64,000 nucleotides of DNA from assembly GCA_009914755.4 (NCBI GenBank), contig CP068257.2:768001-832000 (forward strand). The letters run 5' to 3'. Below the pieces are notes generated by a model that worked only from the letters and a program-made list of their open reading frames with translations, did no database searches and had not been told where the DNA came from. The stretch comes from the human T2T-CHM13v2.0 reference genome, Homo sapiens. Positions 1 to 11,908 of the stretch are shown piece by piece (position 1 is the stretch's first letter; the number at the start of each line of letters is the position of its first letter). A program made the translations under genes and the position numbers.

Positions 1-2109
1 CATATATCTGCGCTGATCACCCAGGTGATGCAACTCTAGCCTAGGCTTTGCCTACAGGGGACATTGTGACATATCGCTTCAATGATCACCCATGTGATGC
101 AACTCTTGCCTTGGCTTTGCCTACAGGGGACATTGTGACATATCTCTGCACTGATCTCCCATGTGCTGTAACATTAGTCTAGACTCTGGCTACACGGCAT
201 TGTGACATATCACTGCACTAATCAACCAGGTGATATAACTCTTGTCTAGGCCCTGCCTACAGGGGGCTTGTGACATATCTCTGCACTGATCACCCAGGTG
301 ATATAACTCTTCTCTAGGGTCTGCCTACAGGGTGCTTTGCGACATATCCCTGCAATGATCACCCAGGTGATCTAACTCTTGTTTAAGCTCTGCCTAAAGG
401 GGCATTGTGACAGATCTCTGCACTGATCACTCAGGTGATGTAACTATTGTCTAGGCTCTGCTTAAAGGGGCCTTGTCACATACCTCTGCACTGATCACCC
501 AGGTGATGTAACTCTTGTCTAGCCTCTGCTTTCACGGCATATTGTGACATATCTATGCGCTGATCACCTTAGTGATGTAACACTTGTGTAGGCTCGGCCT
601 ACAGGGGAATATTGACATATCTCTGCACTGTTAACCGAGGTGATTTAACTCTTGTCTAGGCTGTGCCCACAGGGGGATTGAGACATGTCTCTGCCATGAT
701 CCCGAGGTGATCCAACTGTTGCCTGGTCTCTGCCTACTGGGGACATTGTGACATATCTCTGCACTGATCTCCCAGGTGCTGTAATTTTAGTCTAGGCTCT
801 GGCTACACGGCATTGTGACATATCACTGCACTGATCACCCAGGTTATATAAATCTTGTCTAGGCTCTGCCTACAATGGCCTTGTGACATATCTCTGCACT
901 GATCTCCCAGGTGCTGTAACTTTAGTCTAGGCTCTGGCTACACGGCATTGTGACATACCACTGCACTGATCACCCAGGTGATATAAATCTTGTCTAGGCT
1001 CTGCCTACAATGGCCTTGTGACATATCTCTGCACTGATCACCCAGGTGATATAACTCTTCTCTAGGATCTGACCACAGGGTGCTTTGTGGCATTTCCCTG
1101 CAATGATCACCCAGGTGATATACCACTTGCCAAGGCTCTGCCTACAGGGGCATTGCAATGTATCTCTGCACTGATCACCTCGGTCTTGTAACTCTTTTCT
1201 AGGATCTGCCCACAGGGTGCCTTGTGACGTATCCCAGCAAGGATTACCCAGGTGATGTACCTCTCATCAAGGCTCTGCCTACAGGCACATTGCGATGTAT
1301 CTCTGCACTGATCACCTAGGTCATGTAACTTTTGTCTGGGCTCTGCCTACGATGGCATTGTGACATATCTCTGCACTAATCATCCAAGTGATGTAACCCT
1401 TGTCTAGGATCTGCCTAAATTAACTTTGTGACATAACCCTGTACTGATCATCCAGGTGATGGGGCTTTTGTCTAGGCTCTGCCTAAGGGGGCATTGTGAC
1501 ATATTTCTGCATTGATCACGCAGGTGGCGAACTCTTCTCTTGGATCTGCCTATGGGGGCATTGTGATAAATCTCTGCACTCATCACCCAGGTGATGTAAC
1601 TGTTGTGTAACCTCTGCCTACAGGGGAATTGTGAGAGATCTCGCCACTGATCACGCAAGTGATGTAACCATTGTCTAGGCTTTGCGTACAGGGGGCTTTG
1701 TGACATACCTTTGCACTGATCACCCAGGTGATGTAACACATCTAAGTTCGGCCTAAAGGAGCTTTGTGACATATCTCTGCACTGATCACTTAGGTGATGG
1801 AACACTTTTATAAGCACTGCCTACAGGGAATTTTGACAAATCTCTGCACTGATCACCTAGGTGATGTAACGCTTGTCTACCCTCTGTCCAACGGGGCATT
1901 GTGAAATATCTCTGCACTGATCACCCAGGTGATTCAACTCTTGACTAGGATCTGCCTACAGAGGTTATTGTGAAATATCTCTGCACTGATAAACTAGGTG
2001 GTGTAATACTTATCGAAGCTCTGCCTACAGGTGCGTTTTCACATATCCCTGAAGTGATGACAAAGGTGATGTAACCCTTGCCTAGGCTTTGCCTACAGGG
2101 GACATAGGA
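1..2109. repeat. HOR copy H1, expanded to 2109 bp (31 monomers) by an internal two-monomer tandem duplication.
   Basis: Positions 1/61/121/181 align with 2110/2170/2230/2290 (offset 2109), whereas downstream positions (911 vs 2885) align at offset 1974. The difference is the duplicated dimer at 761-1030. Confidence 0.7.
761..1030. repeat. Tandem duplication of a 135-bp two-monomer unit (copies ~761-895 and ~896-1030), unique to this HOR copy.
   Basis: gcactgatctcccaggtgctgtaa(t/c)tttagtctaggctctggctacacggcattgtgacata...cacccaggt(t/g)atataaatcttgtctaggctctgcctacaatggccttgtgacatatctct occurs twice in succession here. It occurs once in the equivalent positions of H2 (2861-3000) and H7 (12661-12800). 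Confidence 0.7.
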
Positions 2110-5100
2110 CATATATCTGCACTGATCACCCAGGTGATGCAACTCTATCCTAGGCTTTGCCTACAGGGGACATTGTGACATATCGCTTCAATGATCACCC
2201 ATGTGATGCAACACTTGCCTAGGCTTTGCCTACAGGGGACATTGTGACATATCTCTGCACTGATCTCCCAGGTGCTGCAACATTAATCTAGAGTCTGGCT
2301 ACACGGCATTGTGACATATCACTGCACTGATCAACCAGGTGATATAACTCTTGTCTAGGTCCTGCCTACAGAGGGCTTGTGACATATCTCTGCACTGATC
2401 ACCCAGGTGATATAACTCTTCTCTAGGATCTGCCTACAGGGTGCTTTGCGACATATCCCTGCAATGATAACCCAGGTGATCTAACTCTTGTTTAAGCTCT
2501 GCCTAAAGGGGCATTGTGACAGACCTGTGCACTGATCACTAAGGTGATGTAACTATTGTCTAGGCTCTGCTTAAAGGGGCCTTGTCACATACCTCTGCAC
2601 TGATAACCCAGGTGATGTAACTCTTGTCTAGCCTCTGCTTTCACGGCATATTGTAACATATCCATTCGCAGATCACCTTAGTGATGTAACAGTTGTGTAG
2701 GCTCGGCCTACAGGGGAATATTGACATATCTCTGCACTGTTAACCGAGGTGATTTAACTCTTGTCTAGGCTGTGCCCACAGGGGGATTGAGACATGTCTC
2801 TGCACTGATCCCGAGGTGATCCAACTGTTGCCTGGTCTCTGCCTACTGGGGACATTGTGACATATCTCTGCACTGATCTCCCAGGTGCTGTAACTTTAGT
2901 CTAGGCTCTGGCTACACGGCATTGTGACATATCACTGCACTGATCACCCAGGTGATATAAATCTTGTCTAGGCTCTGCCTACAATGGCCTTGTGACATAT
3001 CTCTGCACTGATCACCCAGGTGATATAACTCTTCTCTAGGATCTGACCACAGGGTGCTTTGTGGCATTTCCCTGCAATGATCACCCAGGTGATATACCAC
3101 TTGCCAAGGCTCTGCCTACAGGGGCATTGCAATGTATCTCTGCACTGATCACCTCGGTCTTGTAACTCTTTTCTAGGACCTGCCCACCGGGTGCCTTGTG
3201 ACGTATCCCAGCAAGGATTACCCAGGTGATGTACCTCTCATCAAGGCTCTGCCTACAGGCACATTGCGATGTATCTCTGCACTGATCACCTAGGTCATGT
3301 AACTTTTGTCTAGGCTCTGCCTACGATGGCATTGTGACATATCTCTGCACTAATCATCCAAGTGATGTAACCGTTGTCTAGGATCTGCCTAAATTAACTT
3401 TGTGACATAACCCTGTACTGATCATCCAGGTGATGGGGCTTTTGTCTAGGCTCTGCCTAAGGGGGCATTGTGACATATTTCTGCATTGATCACCCAGGTG
3501 GCGAACTCTTCTCTTGGATCTGCCTATGGGGGCATTGTGACAAATCTCTGCACTGATCACCCAGGTGATATAACTGTTGTGTAACCTCTGCCTACAGGGG
3601 AATTGTGAGAGATCTCGCCACTGATCACCCAAGTGATGTAACCATTGTCTAGGCTTTGCGTACAGGGGGCTTTGTGACATACCTTTGCACTGATCACCCA
3701 GGTGATGTAACACATCTAAGTTCGGCCTAAAGGAGCTTTGTGACATATCTCTGCACTGATCACTTAGGTGATGGAACACTTTTATAAGCACTGCCTACAG
3801 GGAATTTTGACAAATCTCTGCACTGATCACCTAGGTGATGTAATGCTTGTCTACCCTCTGTCCAACGGGGCATTGTGAAATATCTCTGCACTGATCACCC
3901 AGGTGATTCAACTCTTGACTAGGATCTGCCTACAGAGGTTATTGTGAAATATCTCTGCACTGATAAACTAGGTGGTGTAATCCTTATCGAAGCTCTGCCT
4001 ACAGGTGCGTTTTCACATATCCCTGAAGTGATGACAAAGGTGATGTAACCCTTGCCTAGGCTTTGCCTACAGGGGACATAGGACATATATCTGCACTGAT
4101 CACCCAGGTGATGCAACTGTAGCCTAGGCTTTGCCTACAGGGGACATTGTGACATATCGCTTCAATGATCACCCGTGTGATGCAACTCTTGCCTAGGCTT
4201 TGCCTACAGGGGACATTGTGACATATCTCTGCACTGATCTCCCAGGTGCTGTAACATTAGTCCAGACTCTGGCTACACGGCATTGTGACATATCACTGCA
4301 CTGATCAACCAGGTGATATAACTCTTGTCTAGGCCCTGCCTACAGGGGGCTTGTGACATATCTCTGCACTGATCACCCAGGTGATATAACTCTTCTCTAG
4401 GATCTGCCTACAGGGTGCTTTGCGACATATCCCTGCAATGATCACCCAGGTGATCTAACTCTTGTTTAAGCTCTGCCTAAAGGGGCATTGTGACAGACCT
4501 CTGCACTGATCACTCAGGTGATGTAACTATTGTCTAGGCTCTGCTTAAAGGGGCCTTGTCACATACCTCTGCACTGATCACCCAGGTGATGTAACTCTTG
4601 TCTAGACTCTGTTTCACGGCATATTGTGACATATCTATGCGCTGATCACCTTAGTGATGTAACACTTGTGTAGGCTCGGCCTACAGGGGAATATTGACAT
4701 ATCTCTGCACTGTTAACCGAGGTGATTTAACTCTTGTCTAGGCTGTGCCCACAGGGTGATTGAGACATGTCTCTGCACTGATCCCGAGGTGATCCAACTG
4801 TTGCCTGGTCTCTGCCTACTGGGGACATTGTGACATATCTCTGCACTGATCTCCCAGGTGCTGTAACTTTAGTCTAGGCTCTGGCTACACGGCATTGTGA
4901 CATATCACTGCACTGATCACCCAGGTGATATAAATCTTGTCTAGGCTCTGCCTACAATGGCCTTGTGACATATCTCTGCACTGATCACCCAGGTGATATA
5001 ACTCTTCTCTAGGATCTGACCACAGGGTGCTTTGTGGCATTTCCCTGCAATGATCACCCAGGTGATATACCACTTGCCAAGGCTCTGCCTACAGGGGCAT

Positions 5101-8100
5101 TGCAATGTATCTCTGCACTGATCACCTCGGTCTTGTAACTCTTTTCTAGGATCTGCCCACAGGGTGCCTTGTGACGTATCCCAGCAAGGATTACCCAGGT
5201 GATGTACCTCTCATCAAGGCTCTGCCTACAGGCACATTGCGATGTATCTCTGCTCTGATCACCTAAGTCATGTAACTTTTGTCTAGGCTCTGCCTACGAT
5301 GGCATTGTGACAAATCTCTGCACTAATCATCCAAGTGATGTAACCCTTGTCTAGGATCTGCCTAAAGTAACTTTGTGACATAACCCTGTACTGATCATCC
5401 AGGTGATGGGGCTTTTGTCTAGGCTCTGCCTAAGGGGGCATTGTGACATATTTCTGCATTGATCACGCAGGTGGCGAACTCTTCTCTTGGATCTGCCTAT
5501 GGGGGCATTGTGATAAATCTCTGCACTCATCACCCAGGTGATGTAACTGTTGTGTAACCTCTGCCTACAGGGGAATTGTGAGAGATCTCGCCACTGATCA
5601 CGCAAGTGATGTAACCATTGTCTAGGCTTTGCGTACAGGGGGCTTTGTGACATACCTTTGCACTGATCACCCAGGTGATGTAACACATCTAAGTTCGGCC
5701 TAAAGGAGCTTTGTGACATATCTCTGCACTGATCACTTAGGTGATGGAACACTTTTATAAGCACTGCCTACAGGGAATTTTGACAAATCTCTGCACTGAT
5801 CACCTAGGTGATGTAACGCTTGTCTACCCTCTGTCCAACGGGGCATTGTGAAATATCTCTGCACTGATCACCCAGGTGATTCAACTCTTGACTAGGATCT
5901 GCCTACAGAGGTTATTGTGAAATATCTCTGCACTGATAAACTAGGTGGTGTAATACTTATCGAAGCTCTGCCTACAGGTGCGTTTTCACATATCCCTGAA
6001 GTGATGACAAAGGTGATGTAACCCTTGCCTAGGCTTTGCCTACAGGGGACATAGGACATATATCTGCACTGATCACCCAGGTGATGCAACTCTAGCCTAG
6101 GCTTTGCCTACAGGGGACATTGTGACATATCGCTTCAATGATCACCCATGTGATGCAACACTTGCCTAGGCTTTGCCTACAGGGGACATTGTGACATATC
6201 TCTGCACTGATCTCCCAGGTGCTGCAACATTAATCTAGAGTCTGGCTACACGGCATTGTGACATATCACTGCACTGATCAACCAGGTGATATAACTCTTG
6301 TCTAGGTCCTGCCTACAGAGGGCTTGTGACATATCTCTGCACTGATCACCCAGGTGATATAACTCTTCTCTAGGATCTGCCTACAGGGTGCTTTGCGACA
6401 TATCCCTGCAATGATAACCCAGGTGATCTAACTCTTGTTTAAGCTCTGCCTAAAGGGGCATTGTGACAGACCTGTGCACTGATCACTAAGGTGATGTAAC
6501 TATTGTCTAGGCTCTGCTTAAAGGGGCCTTGTCACATACCTCTGCACTGATAACCCAGGTGATGTAACTCTTGTCTAGCCTCTGCTTTCACGGCATATTG
6601 TAACATATCCATTCGCAGATCACCTTAGTGATGTAACAGTTGTGTAGGCTCGGCCTACAGGGGAATATTGACATATCTCTGCACTGTTAACCGAGGTGAT
6701 TTAACTCTTGTCTAGGCTGTGCCCACAGGGGGATTGAGACATGTCTCTGCACTGATCCCGAGGTGATCCAACTGTTGCCTGGTCTCTGCCTACTGGGGAC
6801 ATTGTGACATATCTCTGCACTGATCTCCCAGGTGCTGTAACTTTAGTCTAGGCTCTGGCTACACGGCATTGTGACATATCACTGCACTGATCACCCAGGT
6901 GATATAAATCTTGTCTAGGCTCTGCCTACAATGGCCTTGTGACATATCTCTGCACTGATCACCCAGGTGATATAACTCTTCTCTAGGATCTGACCACAGG
7001 GTGCTTTGTGGCATTTCCCTGCAATGATCACCCAGGTGATATACCACTTGCCAAGGCTCTGCCTACAGGGGCATTGCAATGTATCTCTGCACTGATCACC
7101 TCGGTCTTGTAACTCTTTTCTAGGACCTGCCCACCGGGTGCCTTGTGACGTATCCCAGCAAGGATTACCCAGGTGATGTACCTCTCATCAAGGCTCTGCC
7201 TACAGGCACATTGCGATGTATCTCTGCACTGATCACCTAGGTCATGTAACTTTTGTCTAGGCTCTGCCTACGATGGCATTGTGACATATCTCTGCACTAA
7301 TCATCCAAGTGATGTAACCGTTGTCTAGGATCTGCCTAAATTAACTTTGTGACATAACCCTGTACTGATCATCCAGGTGATGGGGCTTTTGTCTAGGCTC
7401 TGCCTAAGGGGGCATTGTGACATATTTCTGCATTGATCACCCAGGTGGCGAACTCTTCTCTTGGATCTGCCTATGGGGGCATTGTGACAAATCTCTGCAC
7501 TGATCACCCAGGTGATATAACTGTTGTGTAACCTCTGCCTACAGGGGAATTGTGAGAGATCTCGCCACTGATCACCCAAGTGATGTAACCATTGTCTAGG
7601 CTTTGCGTACAGGGGGCTTTGTGACATACCTTTGCACTGATCACCCAGGTGATGTAACACATCTAAGTTCGGCCTAAAGGAGCTTTGTGACATATCTCTG
7701 CACTGATCACTTAGGTGATGGAACACTTTTATAAGCACTGCCTACAGGGAATTTTGACAAATCTCTGCACTGATCACCTAGGTGATGTAATGCTTGTCTA
7801 CCCTCTGTCCAACGGGGCATTGTGAAATATCTCTGCACTGATCACCCAGGTGATTCAACTCTTGACTAGGATCTGCCTACAGAGGTTATTGTGAAATATC
7901 TCTGCACTGATAAACTAGGTGGTGTAATCCTTATCGAAGCTCTGCCTACAGGTGCGTTTTCACATATCCCTGAAGTGATGACAAAGGTGATGTAACCCTT
8001 GCCTAGGCTTTGCCTACAGGGGACATAGGACATATATCTGCACTGATCACCCAGGTGATGCAACTGTAGCCTAGGCTTTGCCTACAGGGGACATTGTGAC

Positions 8101-10003
8101 ATATCGCTTCAATGATCACCCGTGTGATGCAACTCTTGCCTAGGCTTTGCCTACAGGGGACATTGTGACATATCTCTGCACTGATCTCCCAGGTGCTGTA
8201 ACATTAGTCTAGACTCTGGCTACACGGCATTGTGACATATCACTGCACTGATCAACCAGGTGATATAACTCTTGTCTAGGCCCTGCCTACAGGGGGCTTG
8301 TGACATATCTCTGCACTGATCACCCAGGTGATATAACTCTTCTCTAGGATCTGCCTACAGGGTGCTTTGCGACATATCCCTGCAATGATCACCCAGGTGA
8401 TCTAACTCTTGTTTAAGCTCTGCCTAAAGGGGCATTGTGACAGACCTCTGCACTGATCACTCAGGTGATGTAACTATTGTCTAGGCTCTGCTTAAAGGGG
8501 CCTTGTCACATACCTCTGCACTGATCACCCAGGTGATGTAACTCTTGTCTAGACTCTGTTTCACGGCATATTGTGACATATCTATGCGCTGATCACCTTA
8601 GTGATGTAACACTTGTGTAGGCTCGGCCTACAGGGGAATATTGACATATCTCTGCACTGTTAACCGAGGTGATTTAACTCTTGTCTAGGCTGTGCCCACA
8701 GGGTGATTGAGACATGTCTCTGCACTGATCCCGAGGTGATCCAACTGTTGCCTGGTCTCTGCCTACTGGGGACATTGTGACATATCTCTGCACTGATCTC
8801 CCAGGTGCTGTAACTTTAGTCTAGGCTCTGGCTACACGGCATTGTGACATATCACTGCACTGATCACCCAGGTGATATAAATCTTGTCTAGGCTCTGCCT
8901 ACAATGGCCTTGTGACATATCTCTGCACTGATCACCCAGGTGATATAACTCTTCTCTAGGATCTGACCACAGGGTGCTTTGTGGCATTTCCCTGCAATGA
9001 TCACCCAGGTGATATACCACTTGCCAAGGCTCTGCCTACAGGGGCATTGCAATGTATCTCTGCACTGATCACCTCGGTCTTGTAACTCTTTTCTAGGATC
9101 TGCCCACAGGGTGCCTTGTGACGTATCCCAGCAAGGATTACCCAGGTGATGTACCTCTCATCAAGGCTCTGCCTACAGGCACATTGCGATGTATCTCTGC
9201 TCTGATCACCTAAGTCATGTAACTTTTGTCTAGGCTCTGCCTACGATGGCATTGTGACAAATCTCTGCACTAATCATCCAAGTGATGTAACCCTTGTCTA
9301 GGATCTGCCTAAAGTAACTTTGTGACATAACCCTGTACTGATCATCCAGGTGATGCGGCTTTTGTCTAGGCTCTGCCTAAGGGGGCATTGTGACATATTT
9401 CTGCATTGATCACCCAGGTGGCGAACTCTTCTCTTGGATCTGCCTATGGGGGCATTGTGACAAATCTCTGCACTGATCACCCAGGTGATGTAACTGTTGT
9501 GTAACCTCTGCCTACAGGGGAATTGTGTGAGATCTCGCCACTGATCACCCAAGTGATGTAACCATTGTCTAGGCTTTGCGTACAGGGGGCTTTGTGACAT
9601 ACCTTTGCACTGATCACCCAGGTGATGTAACACATCTAAGTTCGGCCTAAAGGAGCTTTGTGACATATCTCTGCACTGATCACTTAGGTGATGGAACACT
9701 TTTATAAGCACTGCCTACAGGGAATTTTGACAAATCTCTGCACTGATCACCTAGGTGATGTAACGCTTGTCTACCCTCTGTCCAACGGGGCATTGTGAAA
9801 TATCTCTGCACTGATCACCCAGGTGATTCAACTATTGACTAGGATCTGCCTACAGAGGTTATTGCGAAATATCTCTGCACTGATAAACTAGGTGGTGTAA
9901 TCCTTATCGAAGCTCTGCCTGCAGGGGCGTTTTCACATATCCCTGAATTGATGACAAAGGTGATGTAACCCTTGCCTAGGCTTTGCCTACAGGGGACATA
10001 GGA

Positions 10004-11908
10004 CATATATCTGCACTGATCACCCAGGTGATGCAACTCTAGCCTAGGCTTTGCCTACAGGGGACATTGTGACATATCTCTGCACTGATCTCCCAGGTGC
10101 TGTAACATTAGTCTAGACTCTGGCTACACGGCATTGTGACATATCACTGCACTGATCAACCAGGTGATATAACTCTTGTCTAGGCCCTGACTACAGGGGG
10201 CTTGTGACATATCTCTGCACTGATCACCCAGGTGATATAACTCTTCTCTAGGGTCTGCCTACAGGGTGCTTTGCGACATATCCCTGCAATGATCACCCAG
10301 GTGATCTAACTCTTGTTTAAGCTCTGCCTAAAGGGGCATTGTGACAGACCTCTGCACTGATCACTCAGGTGATGTAACTATTGTCTAGGCTCTGCTTAAA
10401 GGGGCCTTGTCACATACCTCTGCACTGATCACCCAGGTGATGTAACTCTTGTCTAGACTCTGCTTTCACGGCATATTGTGACATATCTATGCGCTGATCA
10501 CCTTAGTGATGTAACACTTGTGTAGGCTCGGCCTACAGGGGAATATTGACATATCTCTGCACTGTTAACCGAGGTGATTTAACTCTTGTCTAGGCTGTGC
10601 CCACAGGGGGTTTGAGACATGTCTCTGCACTGATCCCGAGGTGATCCAACTGTTGCCTGGTCTCTGCCTACTGGGGACATTGTGACATATCTCTGCACTG
10701 ATCTCCCAGGTGCTGTAATTTTAGTCTAGGCTCTGGCTACACGGCATTGTGACATATCACTGCACTGATCACCCAGGTGATATAAATCTTGTCTAGGCTC
10801 TGCCTACAATGACCTTGTGACATATCTCTGCAATGATCACCCAGGTGATATAACTCTTCTCTAGGATCTGACCACAGGGTGCTTTGTGGCATTTCCCTGC
10901 AATGATCACCGAGGTGATATACCACTTGTCAGGGCTCTGCCTACAGGGGCATTGCAACGTATCTCTGCACTGATCACCTCGGTCTTGTAACTCTTTTCTA
11001 GGATCTGCCCACAGGGTGCCTTGTGACGTATCCCAGCAAGGATTACCCAGGTGATGTACCTCTCATCAAGGCTCTGCCTACAGGCACATTGCGATGTATC
11101 TCTGCACTGATCACCTAGGTCATGCAACTTTTGTCTAGGCTCTGCCTACGATGGCATTGTGACATATCTCTGCACTAATCATCCAAGTGATGTAACCCTT
11201 GTCTAGGATCTGCCTAAATTAACTTTGTGACATAACCCTGTACTGATCATCCAGGTGATGGGGCTTTTGTCTAGGCTCTGCCTAAGGGGGCATTGTGACT
11301 TATTTCTGCATTGATCACCCAGGTGGCGAACTCTTCTCTTGGATCTGCCTATGGGGGCATTGTGACAAATCTCTGCACTGATCACCCAGGTGATGTAACT
11401 GTTGTGTAACCTCTGCCTACAGGGGAATTGTGAGAGATCTCGCCACTGATCACCCAAGTGATGTAACCATTGTCTAGGCTTTGCGTACAGGGGGCTTTGT
11501 GACATACCTTTGCACTGATCACCCAGGTGATGTAACACATCTAAGTTCGGCCTAAAGGAGCTTTGTGACATATCTCTGCACTGATCACCTAGGTGATGGA
11601 ACACTTTTATAAGCACTGCCTACAGGGAATTTTGACAAATCTCTGCACTGATCACCTAGGTGATGTAACTCTTGTCTACCCTCTGTCCAACGGGGCATTG
11701 TGAAATATCTCTGCACTGATCACCCAGGTGATTCAACTCTTGACTAGGATCTGCCTACAGAGGTTATTGTGAAATATCTCTGCACTGATAAACTAGGTGG
11801 TGTAATCCTTATCGAAGCTCTGCCTACAGGGGCGTTTTCACATATCCCTGAAGTGATGACAAAGGTGATGTAACTCTTGCCTAGGCTTTGCCTACAGGGG
11901 ACATAGGA
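10004..11908. repeat. Short HOR copy H6 (1905 bp, 28 monomers): lacks the monomer cgcttcaatgatcacccatgtgatgcaac(t/a)cttgcct(a/t)ggctttgcctacaggggacattgtgacatat.
   Basis: 10021-10110 reads gggacattgtgacatatctctgcactgatctccc directly, whereas H4 (6101-6200) has an extra 68-bp monomer between the two gggacattgtgacatat occurrences. ORF spacing 8832 to 10737 is 1905. Confidence 0.8.

Larger units (their letters stand above)
1..10003. repeat. Dimeric super-HOR (~3947 bp): alternating HOR variants a/b (H1a H2b H3a H4b, then H5 b-like).
   Basis: Variant-specific sites alternate with a two-HOR period: 137-aa ORFs at 1404/5351 (HLRDQW, VMSAEIYHNAP, HLRDQC) versus 3378/7325 (HLGDQW, VISAEICHNAP, HLGDQC); 65-aa ORFs SISITPP (1945, 5892) versus SIRITPP (3919, 7866). 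Confidence 0.55.

Noticed and set aside
281-300. ATCACC...GGTGAT inverted repeats as terminal inverted repeats of a DNA transposon or MITE
   Set aside because: The palindrome is internal to every monomer (~900 copies, phased at 68 bp). It has no target-site duplications and delimits no distinct element; it is part of the satellite consensus.
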